DNA of 64,000 nucleotides from an uncultured Myxococcales bacterium (GTDB lineage: Bacteria; Myxococcota_A; SURF-8; CAYNVS01): NCBI GenBank assembly GCA_964400725.1, contig CAYNVS010000002.1, positions 7,372 to 71,371 of the forward strand, read 5' to 3'. Positions 20,001-28,828 of the stretch are shown in pieces. The notes under the pieces were generated by a model. That model had not been told where the DNA came from, made no database searches, and saw nothing but the letters and a program-made list of their open reading frames with translations. A program made the translations under genes and the position numbers. Each line of letters opens with the position of its first letter. The stretch's first letter is position 1.

Positions 20001-21592
20001 AAAAACTCTCCGCGTTTTATTATCAAGGTTTTGACCGCGCGTTAAAAAACGGCTCGGAGGTTTTGACAAAAAACGGCGAGCCCCTCTGGAAGCTGCGGTT
20101 TACGCCGAACGCCGCGGGAAGATACGAGCTTTCTTTTTTCGTAAAAACGGCTTTGGGCGAGTCGTTTATTGAAAAAAGCTGCATTGAGGCGAAAGCTTCC
20201 GCCGAGCATAAAAAAGGGTTTGCGCGCGCAAGCGAATCCGGCGCTCGATGCGTAGAATTCGACGACGGAAGCTCTTTTTTCGCGATAGGCGAAAATATGG
20301 GCTGGTACGACTCCCGCGGAACGGCGGCGTACGAAGATTGGATTAAAAAACTCGCGGATAACGGCGGCAATTACATTCGGGTATGGATGTCGAGCTGGGC
20401 ATTCGGCCTTGAATGGACGAGCGCGGACGGCTCGGCGTCTCCCGTTCTCGGAAACTACTCGCATAGGCTGGACAGAGCCTTTCAGCTTGATTATCTTTTT
20501 TCATTGGCCGCAAAATACGACGTTTACGTAATGCTCTGTCTCGTAAATCACGGCGCTTTTTCAATCAACAACAATTCCGAGTGGGACGCCAATCCGTACA
20601 ACGCGAAAAACGGCGGTCCGCTCGACTCGCCGTCAAAATTCTTTACCGACGAGGAAGCGAAGAAACTGACGAAGCGAAAGCTCGATTATATAGTCGCGCG
20701 GTGGGGTTACAGCCCCAACCTGCTGGCGTGGGAGCTTTTCAACGAAGTCGATTTGACGGACAAGCCTAAAGCCGAGCCCATAGCGGCGTGGCACGAGGAA
20801 ATGGCCGCTCATATTAAAGCCGCCGACCCCTACGGCCATATGGTTACTACAAGCAACTCGGGCTTCATAGCCTCGCTTATAGGATTGGACGACGCTCTTT
20901 TTTCTCTGCCGAACATCGACTTTTCGCAGTTTCACATTTACGGATACGAAGGCTTCGACCCCGATTTCACCGCGGTTATACCTAATACGATAAACGATTT
21001 CGTCTCGCGCTTCGGCAAGCCGTGTCTTGCGTCGGAGCTCGGCGTAGATTACCGCGGCCCCGCGGAAACCAAAGCGCGCGATCCTTACAACGTCGCCTTC
21101 CACGATATTCTGTGGAGCGGCTTAATCGGAGGATCTTTTGGAGTCGGAATGCACTGGTGGTGGGATAACGTCGTCGATCCCGGCGACCTTTATTTTCACT
21201 TCGCGCCGATTGCTAAAATAGTGGAAGGAATAAATTTCAGCGAAAGCGGCCTGAAAAAAATAGACGCGCTCGCTTCGGCTGACGAAGACGCAAAGCTGTC
21301 GGTTTTCGCCCTTTGCGGAAAAAGCGTATGCCTGGGCTGGGTTAAAAACGCAAAAAACGTTTGGACGAACCGCGCCGACGACTCGCAGACCAAAGCTCTG
21401 ATAACCGGCGCAAAAATCGAGCTTTACGGCCTGGAAGGCGGGACGTGGAGCGTCAAATTCATAAACGCTTACGACTCGTCCGTCTCTCAGGGCGCGGCGA
21501 TTAATGTCGGAAGCGGCGGAAAGGCGTCGTTCGAGCTTCCTTCCTTCGTTCAGGACGCCGCGTTCCGCATGGAGAAAGGAATTAAACCGTGA
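17090..21592 (+). CDS. 1500-aa composite ORF: S8 subtilisin-like protease + MopE-type Cys/Asp repeats + acidic linker + MYXO-CTERM-like tail + signal-peptide-like segment + GH5-like TIM-barrel glycoside hydrolase (probable fusion or frameshifted pair)
   Basis: Signal peptide present. S8 triad motifs VIAVVDDGVD, HGTCVAG, GTSGAAP. Five CxxDNDCDG-type repeats (ICDARDNDCDGLKDEG etc.). Asp/Glu-rich linker with ADLADLADL. Then SSDGCAGQSDGFAFAPLAVAAVLFISRKK (sorting-tail-like), immediately followed by KTNNIFWAFAAAPAFFAFASASCASG (signal/lipobox-like). C-terminal domain has NGGNYIRVWM and LAWELFNEVD, resembling the GH5 NEP region. See the finding on the A8 tract. Confidence 0.6.
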   Translation: MKKSLFIIACAASIAAAVSVGGGSEQSARPFMLYDGRRIEMNYVYDRVSVISEDASEEDLSRRLSEIDDRVVSAKKINGSGVWSAAFAEPLSEKSYISAVSALSRARGVKTAQPVYAIGEKALFYPNGELFVKFKPGTTFNDVLGFAQKRGLKPLSSLDFSPFVRVFELKAPSQRALDAANGAHSSPFVEWAAPEFAHNVQKKFVPNDPLFPNQWHLRNVGQNGATAGADVKADKAWDKTKGEGAVIAVVDDGVDCPHPDLAPNCLDGYDYVDDDDEPAPGEYDGHGTCVAGTAAAKGNDGIGVSGVCPECKIIPIRLLGEYLLTRDEANAFVFAVKNGAWVISNSWGVPDNNRAAVPIPKPTAEAVDYALNYGRGGLGTLVVFAAGNGSEPVNTDGYPAYKNSIAVAASDDQGIRSDYSDYGAEIEINAPSSGGINGITTVDNAGSSGYSYGDYADDFGGTSGAAPLASGVYALIMSARPGLSWKQVKKIARDTADKIDAARGAYDQNGRSNLYGYGRINAQKAVEAALLFDDGCVPQTEICDARDNDCDGLKDEGLVCYVCAPSEEICDGMDDDCDGYVDEDGVCGAGKAGTCMTCAVNSDCFEGVCLELYGDPMHKYCVRRCNPDKTCPNPDLYACNGSYCLPRNKSCDQTQCLGRPELCNNLDDNCNSRTDEGNVCCVPTVPPEEICDGLDNDCDGKTDNVDVLKNPPPITCLYKGVCEGTAPKCDQALWICEYPQTYEPEEISCDGFDNDCDGCVDENCAARDGDEEAEDDASEAELDDDDGELLTDADEDEAQTEADAKPEIEPPPEEAAETENADLADLADLADLTDFDEETLDAPEERDDAELEYADNSKKKSSSDGCAGQSDGFAFAPLAVAAVLFISRKKICARKTNNIFWAFAAAPAFFAFASASCASGLNDEANSSCEIAVTYEMYEKNVSVAYAAQNPFDKEEAEVYAKIKRPDGAEQKLSAFYYQGFDRALKNGSEVLTKNGEPLWKLRFTPNAAGRYELSFFVKTALGESFIEKSCIEAKASAEHKKGFARASESGARCVEFDDGSSFFAIGENMGWYDSRGTAAYEDWIKKLADNGGNYIRVWMSSWAFGLEWTSADGSASPVLGNYSHRLDRAFQLDYLFSLAAKYDVYVMLCLVNHGAFSINNNSEWDANPYNAKNGGPLDSPSKFFTDEEAKKLTKRKLDYIVARWGYSPNLLAWELFNEVDLTDKPKAEPIAAWHEEMAAHIKAADPYGHMVTTSNSGFIASLIGLDDALFSLPNIDFSQFHIYGYEGFDPDFTAVIPNTINDFVSRFGKPCLASELGVDYRGPAETKARDPYNVAFHDILWSGLIGGSFGVGMHWWWDNVVDPGDLYFHFAPIAKIVEGINFSESGLKKIDALASADEDAKLSVFALCGKSVCLGWVKNAKNVWTNRADDSQTKALITGAKIELYGLEGGTWSVKFINAYDSSVSQGAAINVGSGGKASFELPSFVQDAAFRMEKGIKP
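19550..19594 (+). repeat. 9-bp tandem repeat (GCCGACTTG x3 perfect + 2 degenerate) encoding ADLADLADLTDF
   Basis: Direct inspection of 19550-19594 within the acidic linker of the 17090 ORF. Confidence 0.8.
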
Positions 21593-21855
21593 GCCGCTCT
21601 TCCGGCGGCCTCGTTTTGCGCTACGTATGCGTTCCGAAGGAGCGCGTGGGAATGTTTCACTTCATATGCGAGGGACACGACGGACTGCTTACGCAATCGA
21701 CTTTATGCGGCGATCCGTTTGTGCTTAAACTTAGGGTGGCGGAGGATATGCTCGAAGATTACGAGATATTGACGGCGGATTTAAAGAAGAAACTTTGCCT
21801 TGTTGAAATAAGCGAGGAAGAGGCGCTGCGCATTGCGGCTAAAAACGTCAAGTAG
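21589..21855 (+). CDS. Small DUF4911-like protein, translationally coupled (GTGA overlap) to the preceding gene
   Basis: 88 aa with RYVCVPKERVGMFHFICEGHDGLLTQSTL...VLKLRVAEDMLEDYEILTADL, resembling the DUF4911 pattern (x-P-x-EI-x-F...LEGYDGLA). Family assignment is from memory. Confidence 0.4.
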   Translation: MSRSSGGLVLRYVCVPKERVGMFHFICEGHDGLLTQSTLCGDPFVLKLRVAEDMLEDYEILTADLKKKLCLVEISEEEALRIAAKNVK

Positions 21856-22309
21856 CCTCGATTTCTTCTTTCGTCAAGCGCTCCGAAAGTATCGCGAGCG
21901 CGGCGTCGGCCTCAACGCGGACGTTGTATTCCCTCAAATTTTGGCCGTAAACTATAAGATCGTAAAGCAGGCCGAAACCTATAAAACCCAGCGTGAACAA
22001 AAAAAGAAATCCGCCTTTTCGGTCTCGCAGATAAAATCTGTGCGCTCCAAAAATTCCGGCGGAAGCCCAAAGCGTCCAAGCTCTTATTACGTCTTTGGAG
22101 CTCTCTTTAATTTTTTCGCAAAAGCTTGAATATTCCTCGTCGTTCATAAACGAAACCGCGTCGGAAAGCCATTCTTCGAGGCCGCCGGAAGAGCCGCGGC
22201 TTTTTAAAAACCGCTCCAAACTTTCGCGGTAGGGCGAGCTCATGCGGCGGGCTATTTGGCGCAGCCGAAAGAAGCGCATCCGAGCTCGTCGTAGCACTTT
22301 TTCAGCCAC
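21848..22309 (-). CDS. TM2-domain membrane protein
   Basis: GIFGAHRFYLRD plus a second hydrophobic helix is typical of the TM2 domain. Start uncertain: internal Met at 22279 or 22243 would remove the overlap with the downstream lipoprotein gene. Confidence 0.55.
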   Translation of the reverse strand: MAEKVLRRARMRFFRLRQIARRMSSPYRESLERFLKSRGSSGGLEEWLSDAVSFMNDEEYSSFCEKIKESSKDVIRAWTLWASAGIFGAHRFYLRDRKGGFLFLFTLGFIGFGLLYDLIVYGQNLREYNVRVEADAALAILSERLTKEEIEAT

Positions 22310-23145
22310 GAGCAGTAAATAATGTCGTTATCGTAAAACAGGTGGCAGCGGACGTTCTGATCGGGGAGCGTGGAAAGAAAGCGCCGGAAATTTTGCATGC
22401 GCGTTTTTTCGTTCGGGTCCGCGTCGGTCGTGCAGCAAATCGAGGCGGGCGACGCTTTGGAGACTACGCATCCTTTGCAAATATTCAGCCCGTAGGCGAA
22501 GGTTCCTCTGATTTCCGCGCCGGACTGCGCGTAGCCGACGAGCGTAATGTTGGCGCGCATTCCAGCCCACATTTCCTTGGGCGGATTGAGATTGGGCGAG
22601 TCGAGAATTGAGCTTATTAGTTTCGCCGACTGCCCGTCGAACAACTCGAAAGAAAGCGTCGAGGTTCCGCCGACGGGAACCTCGGCCGCAAGCTCGATTG
22701 TTTGGTCGGGGATGGCCGTCGTCGCCCACGTCGGGGGAGCGTCGTATTTTATTTCTATTCGGTTAAGTTTGACGACCTCGTCCGCGGGCTCCTCGTCCTC
22801 CGCCGCGCCGCCCACCCTCTCGGCGTAAACAAAAAGGTTCATCCCGTATCGCTTTTCGCCGTAATCAAACGAAAGCGCGTCGAACTCACCCTCCGCCTGA
22901 AAGTATTTAGCCGGGTCTTCTCCAGCCACGGGAACCGGCGCGCTGCAAACGTCCATGTTGTAGTCGTAAACCTGCTTGAGATTTCCTTTTATGCGAAGAG
23001 TAATTATTTTAGCGGCGGCTTCTTCCGCCGCCTCTTCGTCGGCGTCTCCTCCGTTAGAGCCGGTTCCGCCTCCGCCGCATCCCGCCGCGGCCAAGGCGGC
23101 CAGCGACGACGCAATAAAGAAAAATGCCAAGCGGTTAATTTTCAT
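22252..23145 (-). CDS. Lipoprotein, hypothetical (Cys-rich C-terminus)
   Basis: Lipobox LAAAGC after the signal peptide. Gly-rich linker. Eight Cys in the last 80 aa. No known domain recognised. Confidence 0.55.
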   Translation of the reverse strand: MKINRLAFFFIASSLAALAAAGCGGGGTGSNGGDADEEAAEEAAAKIITLRIKGNLKQVYDYNMDVCSAPVPVAGEDPAKYFQAEGEFDALSFDYGEKRYGMNLFVYAERVGGAAEDEEPADEVVKLNRIEIKYDAPPTWATTAIPDQTIELAAEVPVGGTSTLSFELFDGQSAKLISSILDSPNLNPPKEMWAGMRANITLVGYAQSGAEIRGTFAYGLNICKGCVVSKASPASICCTTDADPNEKTRMQNFRRFLSTLPDQNVRCHLFYDNDIIYCSWLKKCYDELGCASFGCAK

Positions 23146-23160
23146 TTGTTCCTCGCGCTA

Positions 23161-24906
23161 CTACATATTAAACGACTTCCTGAACTCCTCGACGGCGGCG
23201 TTTCCGCGTTTTTCTACTTCGCCAAGCAGTATGCGCGTTTCGGCGTTGAGCTTGTCGGCCGTCGAAGGCGTCTTAAGCGAACTCGTATTGATGAATACGT
23301 TCATCGCCGCGCCTTGAGCGCACGCTACGGCCTGAGCAGCCGCGACGGCCGCGTCCGACGCGGAATTTTTATTTCCTTTGCTTAAAACCGTCTCGATGCA
23401 GGTCATAAGTTCGCGGGCAAGACGGACGCTCTCCAACGGAACCTCGCTCGCCAGAACTGTCGCCTCTTCAATCGCGGCGGCGCGTTTGGCTTTGTCTTCG
23501 TCGCTCTCTTTGGGCAGCGCAAAAGCGGCCATAACCTTGTCGAACGCGGCGGTATCCTCGTCGATGAGTTCGACGAAACGGTCTTTTATTTTGTCCGCGG
23601 CTTCGGCTGTCCGCCTCATCAGCTCCTCGACCTCGACGTACTTCTTTTTTCCTACAGTCAGCCTTGCGACCATCGCGCAAAGCGCGGCGGCGTTTGCGCC
23701 CGAAAGCGCGCTTATCGAACCCCCGCCGGGAGCGGGCGCGTCGCTTGCCGTCAAATCTACGAACTCGCGCAGCTTCATCGATGCCAAGCGGCCGTTTTTG
23801 ACGCAGCCGCAGCATCCCGCGTCGTTTTTAATTTGGTATTCGATGATTTTTTCCGCGGGAACGAACGGCGCGAGGCTTGAAAGGCCGAGCGATTTTACCG
23901 CCGCGTCTATCAGTTCCTCTTCCGACGCCTCGGATGGATTGCCGCCGGCTTTCTCGACGTAGAATTTGCCGGCCAGAAGCAGAGCTTCCAGCGGTATGAG
24001 GCCGACCAGCTCGCTGCCCATCGTTTCCACTCCGCGCTCCGCGGCGAGTTTCTTTACCGTCTCGAACGCGACGTGCGGCGGCGTTGCGTTGTAGTTCAGC
24101 AGGTTCATGGAAACCTGCGTAATTCCGTGCGCCGAAAGCTCGATTCCTTTCGCCTGAGTCGCCGGAAGAATGCCCGGCTGACGCTTCGCCTTGCCGAATT
24201 CGTCGAGTATTTTATTCCCCTGCGCGTCTTTCAGGATGCGTCCGGACTCGCGAACCGTCTGCGCGATGTCGTCCGCCAGCGCGACGTCGGCGGTTTTCAA
24301 ATTAATGTTGTAAGCGATGAGGAAAAAGCGCGCGCCGGTAACGGTCGCGCCGGACTTGGCGTTAAAAACCGGCTCTCCGAAGTCGGGAGCCCATTCCGGA
24401 TTTTGCAGTTTTTGCGGCAGCCCTTCGTATTCGCCCTCGCGAATGGTCGGCAGTTTGACGCGGTCTTTCTTCTGCGCGGCTTCGGCGTAAAGGTAAACGG
24501 GAATTTTAAGCTCTTCGGCTACTCTTTTGCCGAGTTTTTTCGACAATTCCACGCAGTCCTGCATTGTAACTCCCTGAAGAGGAATGAACGGCACGACGTC
24601 GGTCGCGCCCAAACGCGGATGTTCGCCCTTATGCTTGGTCATGTCGATAAGCTCCGACGCCTTTTTTACCGCGTTGAATGCGGCGTTTACCGCCGAATCT
24701 GGGTCTCCTACGAAAGTTACGACGACGCGGTTGTAATCGCCGTCCGGATCGACTCCGAGCAGCTTTACGCCGCCGGATTCCCTAACCGCGGACGCTATCG
24801 CGTCGATGACGCATTTATCTTTGCCTTCAGAAAAATTAGGAACGCATTCAACCAGCTTCAGCATTATTTCCTCCGATGCGCGAGAATTAAAAAGAGCCTC
24901 TTTCAA
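23161..24906 (-). CDS. ftcD: Bifunctional glutamate formimidoyltransferase / formimidoyltetrahydrofolate cyclodeaminase
   Basis: N-terminus LVECVPNFSEGKD...HPRLGATDVVPFIP is the formiminotransferase signature. C-terminus DLTASDAPAPGGGSISALSGANAAALCAMV is the cyclodeaminase (FTCD_C) signature. True start is probably the Met at 24864 (MLKLVECVPNF). Confidence 0.85.
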   Translation of the reverse strand: MKEALFNSRASEEIMLKLVECVPNFSEGKDKCVIDAIASAVRESGGVKLLGVDPDGDYNRVVVTFVGDPDSAVNAAFNAVKKASELIDMTKHKGEHPRLGATDVVPFIPLQGVTMQDCVELSKKLGKRVAEELKIPVYLYAEAAQKKDRVKLPTIREGEYEGLPQKLQNPEWAPDFGEPVFNAKSGATVTGARFFLIAYNINLKTADVALADDIAQTVRESGRILKDAQGNKILDEFGKAKRQPGILPATQAKGIELSAHGITQVSMNLLNYNATPPHVAFETVKKLAAERGVETMGSELVGLIPLEALLLAGKFYVEKAGGNPSEASEEELIDAAVKSLGLSSLAPFVPAEKIIEYQIKNDAGCCGCVKNGRLASMKLREFVDLTASDAPAPGGGSISALSGANAAALCAMVARLTVGKKKYVEVEELMRRTAEAADKIKDRFVELIDEDTAAFDKVMAAFALPKESDEDKAKRAAAIEEATVLASEVPLESVRLARELMTCIETVLSKGNKNSASDAAVAAAQAVACAQGAAMNVFINTSSLKTPSTADKLNAETRILLGEVEKRGNAAVEEFRKSFNM

Positions 24907-25084
24907 ACTTTAAAACGTATAACAGTTTGACAAAAATCAGTCAATAAAACAAACCTAATCGCCGAAAAGCCGAAAAGGCGAAAAGGTTAACGGCCTTGAC
25001 AAATTGCGTTTTGCATTTTAAAAGATACCGCTTTTTATTGATTGGCATTATAATATTTGCCTGTTAATTAAACGATTAATAAAA

Positions 25085-27121
25085 ATGATTAAGAAAACGG
25101 CCAAACTCGGATTGATGGTCGGGGCGCTGGGCGTGGTGTACGGAGACATCGGCACCTCGCCGCTTTACGTCATGTCCGAAACGTTCTTCGGCCACTACGA
25201 TATGGAGCGTTCGCCCGAAAACATTCTCGGCGTTCTTTCGCTTATCTTTTGGTCGCTGATGATGGTTGTTACCGTCAAGTACGTCATGCTTATTATGAAA
25301 GCCGACAACGGAGGCGAGGGAGGAATTTTCGCGCTTTTAGGGTTGTTCGTCAAAAGGAGCAAAGCCTCGCCCGCGGCGGACGCAAACGAAGCGGAATCCT
25401 CCGGCAAAAAAAACGCGGCGAAATCGAATTCGATTTTTAAAAAGAAAGTAGTAATTCCGGAAGGCAAAAGCGCCGCAGAAACGGTTCATCCTTTCTTGAA
25501 ATCAATGGTTACAATCGCGATACTCATCGGCGCCGCGCTGCTTTACGGCGACGGAATGATTACGCCCGCCATTTCAGTTCTTTCCGCGGTCGAAGGGCTC
25601 AAAATCATCGCGCCCGGCGCGAAAGATTTAGTAATTCCCTTAACCATACTAATATTGTTGGCTTTATTCGCCATTCAAAAATACGGAACTCACAAAATCG
25701 GCTGGCTTTTCGGTCCGGCCATGGTGGTTTGGTTTGCGACGATAGCGGTGTTGGGCGTTTTAAACGTCGTCCAACGCCCGGCGATTTTAGCCGCCTTCAA
25801 CCCGATTTACGCGGCCGCTCTAATAAAGGCGCATTCCTACCATTCCGCCTTCATTCTCGGCGCGGTGGTGCTGTGCGTTACCGGAGTCGAGGCTATGTAC
25901 GCCGACATGGGGCATTTCGGGCGCGGAGTTATAGCAAAAGCGTGGCTTTTCATGGTTCTGCCGTGCCTGTGTCTAAATTATTTTGGGCAGGGAGCCGTGC
26001 TTTTATCGGGCAAGGCGATAGCCGAAAACCACGTTTTTTACTCGCTCGCTCCGTCGTGGGCGCTCATACCGGTGGTAATAATAGCCACGATAGCCACTGT
26101 AATAGCCAGCCAAGCCTTGATTTCCGGCGCGTTCTCTCTCACTCAGCAGGCTATGGCTCTTGGTCTGTTCCCTCGACTCAAAATCATTCACACAAACTCC
26201 GAAATAAAAGGACAGATTTATCTGCCGTTCATCAACGGAGTATTGTTTATCGGCTGCATTTGGCTGGTGTTCGCGTTTAAAAACAGCGGCGCGCTCGCGG
26301 CGGCGTACGGAATCGCCGTTACCGGAACGATGGTCGTAACCACTTTCGCCTTCGCGGTCATCGCCCGCACGGTTTGGCATTGGAAGCTGCGCATTCTGCT
26401 GCCGATAATCATACCCATTTTCATCGTCGATTTGTCGTTCTTCGGCGCAAACATGGTTAAATTCGTTGACGGCGGCTACGTGCCGGTCGTCATCGGGTTG
26501 GGAGTTTTTATAATAATGGACACGTGGCGGTTCGGGCGGGCGTGGATAGGAAAGATGTACCAGAAACGCCAGCCGGGCTACAACCTGACGGTCAAGGAAA
26601 TCATCGAGCATAAGCCGCAATACCTCGACATGGGAAACTCGGTGTCGCTGGTAGTCATGGCTTCCCGCCCTATTAACAACAAGGAAGACACCGTTCCGCC
26701 GGTGATGGCGGAGCATTACCACAACTGGAAGCGGCTTCCAAAGCACCTTATATTCCTGTCGATTATTCAAACCGGCAGCCCGTATGTCGCGGAGGAGGAA
26801 CGTTATAAAATAATAACCTTCTCTCAGGACGGCTACGGCACCGTCGTATCCGTCCAAGGCTATTACGGCTACATGGAGCAGCCGAACATCCGCAAAAGCC
26901 TGCTTGATTTAAAGCTTTCTCACCGCATAAAAATTCCGAACGAGCCTAAAAAGTGGCTTATTCTAATCGGCTCCGAGCGCATTGTGAGCAAAGGAAACGG
27001 CATAATCGAGCAGCTGCGCGTGAGCTTATTTTCCCGAATGAACCGCCTCGCCAAACCCATTACCGATTACTTCGGCCTAGAAACCGATTCCGGCGTTACG
27101 ATGGAGACGATTAACGTATAA
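25085..27121 (+). CDS. kup: KUP/HAK/KT-family potassium uptake transporter
   Basis: GALGVVYGDIGTSPLYV signature and 12-TM core, with a cytoplasmic C-terminal domain. Contains a ~50-aa Lys/Ala/Ser-rich insertion after TM2. Confidence 0.9.
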   Translation: MIKKTAKLGLMVGALGVVYGDIGTSPLYVMSETFFGHYDMERSPENILGVLSLIFWSLMMVVTVKYVMLIMKADNGGEGGIFALLGLFVKRSKASPAADANEAESSGKKNAAKSNSIFKKKVVIPEGKSAAETVHPFLKSMVTIAILIGAALLYGDGMITPAISVLSAVEGLKIIAPGAKDLVIPLTILILLALFAIQKYGTHKIGWLFGPAMVVWFATIAVLGVLNVVQRPAILAAFNPIYAAALIKAHSYHSAFILGAVVLCVTGVEAMYADMGHFGRGVIAKAWLFMVLPCLCLNYFGQGAVLLSGKAIAENHVFYSLAPSWALIPVVIIATIATVIASQALISGAFSLTQQAMALGLFPRLKIIHTNSEIKGQIYLPFINGVLFIGCIWLVFAFKNSGALAAAYGIAVTGTMVVTTFAFAVIARTVWHWKLRILLPIIIPIFIVDLSFFGANMVKFVDGGYVPVVIGLGVFIIMDTWRFGRAWIGKMYQKRQPGYNLTVKEIIEHKPQYLDMGNSVSLVVMASRPINNKEDTVPPVMAEHYHNWKRLPKHLIFLSIIQTGSPYVAEEERYKIITFSQDGYGTVVSVQGYYGYMEQPNIRKSLLDLKLSHRIKIPNEPKKWLILIGSERIVSKGNGIIEQLRVSLFSRMNRLAKPITDYFGLETDSGVTMETINV

Positions 27122-27157
27122 CGGTTAATTTCTAAAAAAATGCCGCGGAGAACGCTA

Positions 27158-27460
27158 TTATCTTTTAATCTTGGCCATTACTTCCGATACGTCCACGACC
27201 GTTTCGCCGCGCAAAATCCTCGTTACGCACGCCAGCCGCGCGTTTTCGCGCCCCATAATTTCAAGCGTGTTTTCTTCGTCCGGATCGGGCGCGCTGAGGT
27301 TCTCCATTCCCGATACAATTTCTACAAGGTCGGTTATGCAGCGGCCGATTTTACACGAGTAAACCAGCGGAACTCCGTTTTCAATCGCCGCGTCCAAAAT
27401 GGTCGTTCCGGCTTTTACCTCGAATGACGCCTTCTGCGGAAGGAAAGTAATTACGGGCAT
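27158..27460 (-). CDS. 2Fe-2S ferredoxin-like protein (third cluster Cys replaced)
   Basis: Beta-grasp ferredoxin-like sequence (TILDAAIENGVPLVYSCKIGRCITD...ARLACVTRI). Only three of the four canonical Cys are present (C-x4-C-x2-I). Confidence 0.45.
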   Translation of the reverse strand: MPVITFLPQKASFEVKAGTTILDAAIENGVPLVYSCKIGRCITDLVEIVSGMENLSAPDPDEENTLEIMGRENARLACVTRILRGETVVDVSEVMAKIKR

Positions 27461-28828
27461 TTACAACGCTCCTCTGGTTTTTACGTCGAGATACTTCTCA
27501 AGCAGCGCAAGCGACAGCCGCGACGCGGCTACGTCCAGCACGTTCGCGCCCTCGGACGCTAGCCTGCCAAGCGCAAGCGCGCGTTCCCTGTTTTGTCTTG
27601 AGGCAAAGATTCTACGCAGTCTTTCCTCGTCGTCCCGCGGCTCCGATTCGACTATAGAGATTAGTTCCGGGTCTTTTAAACAGGCGGCCACGACGAGATG
27701 TCTTCCGTACAAAAGACGCAGGCCTTTCGCAATATTGTCTCCAGAAGGCGCGTCCGGCGCGTCGCTTATTACGACCACCAGAGCCCTTCGTTTGAGGAGT
27801 CGTTTCAACTGCGACATGCCGGTCTCGAAGTCCGCGTCAATATCGCCGGGTTGTACGTCGAACAAGGCGTCGCGTATTACTTTTAGCTGGTTTGCGCCGG
27901 AAGCCGGAGGAGCGACCCTTTCAAGCCCGCGCCCCACCAGAGCGAAGCCTACCCTGTCGCCCGCCTTGATTCCTTCGTGCGCAAGAGTTATCGCCGCGGC
28001 GACGGCTTTTTCAAACCGCGAGGTTCCGCCCTCCTCGCCGAGCGACTGGCGGCCTTTGTCGAGGCATATCATTACGGTTTGGTCTTTCTCGAACGACTGC
28101 TGGCGGACGATAAGCCCGCCGATGCGCGCCGTCGCCTTCCAGTCGATAAGCCTGCGGTCGTCTCCGGTTTGATACGGGCGCAAATTCTCGAATTCGCCGC
28201 CGGCGCCAACCCGGCGAACCGGCTTTTTGCCGGCGCTTCCAGACAGTCTGCGCGCGAGGCCGAACCGTCCCAAATCGAGCGGCGAGGCGGGATAAATTCT
28301 TACAGGGCGCTCTTCTTCAAAAGCGAAAACCGCCTTGACGAGCCCCAAAAAACCAGTCGTTCCAACGTAAAACGCTCCGAAGGCGAAATCGCCGCGTTCA
28401 TGCGATACGAGTTTAAAGCTCGTCTTAAACTCGCTTCTCGCCTCGATTCGAGCCCGGCCTTCCGCCGCGCTTCCGCCGTACGCGGAGAACCGCTGCGGGA
28501 AACTGTCGAGCCAGTCCAGCGTTATGGGACGGTCGGAAAGATTTGCGATCGAAACAAAAACGTCGAAGGCTCTGCCGGCCTGCTGGCCTGCGCCGCAAAG
28601 CCGCCTGACCTCCAGTTTAACCGCCGAAGAAAGCCGGAAATAGTCGAACGCCGCAAGAGCCAGCGCGGCAATGTTAATCGCCGCGGCGACGTAAAGCCAA
28701 TCCCGGTTGAAGACGGCGGCGAGGAGGGGCGCCGAGACGGCGCAGATTATCGCGCCTAGTCTGACGGTCGGAGCGCGGGAAAGTCTTTTTAGCGGAAGCG
28801 GCCGCGACGCGGAGACCGGGTCAACCAT
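27461..28828 (-). CDS. DUF58 (vWA-like, MoxR-associated) membrane protein
   Basis: N-terminal TM helices plus LRPYQTGDDRRLIDWKATAR (the DUF58 hallmark) and a vWA-like region. Confidence 0.7.
   Translation of the reverse strand: MVDPVSASRPLPLKRLSRAPTVRLGAIICAVSAPLLAAVFNRDWLYVAAAINIAALALAAFDYFRLSSAVKLEVRRLCGAGQQAGRAFDVFVSIANLSDRPITLDWLDSFPQRFSAYGGSAAEGRARIEARSEFKTSFKLVSHERGDFAFGAFYVGTTGFLGLVKAVFAFEEERPVRIYPASPLDLGRFGLARRLSGSAGKKPVRRVGAGGEFENLRPYQTGDDRRLIDWKATARIGGLIVRQQSFEKDQTVMICLDKGRQSLGEEGGTSRFEKAVAAAITLAHEGIKAGDRVGFALVGRGLERVAPPASGANQLKVIRDALFDVQPGDIDADFETGMSQLKRLLKRRALVVVISDAPDAPSGDNIAKGLRLLYGRHLVVAACLKDPELISIVESEPRDDEERLRRIFASRQNRERALALGRLASEGANVLDVAASRLSLALLEKYLDVKTRGAL

Noticed and set aside
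24907-25084. c-di-AMP (ydaO-type) riboswitch upstream of kup
   Set aside because: Considered because kup/kimA genes are often so regulated. I could not see the conserved ACGGGGA/CCCGU-type elements by eye. Left uncalled and needs cmscan.
26003-26857. 284-aa minus-strand ORF inside kup
   Set aside because: Antisense to a confidently identified transporter gene. No motifs.
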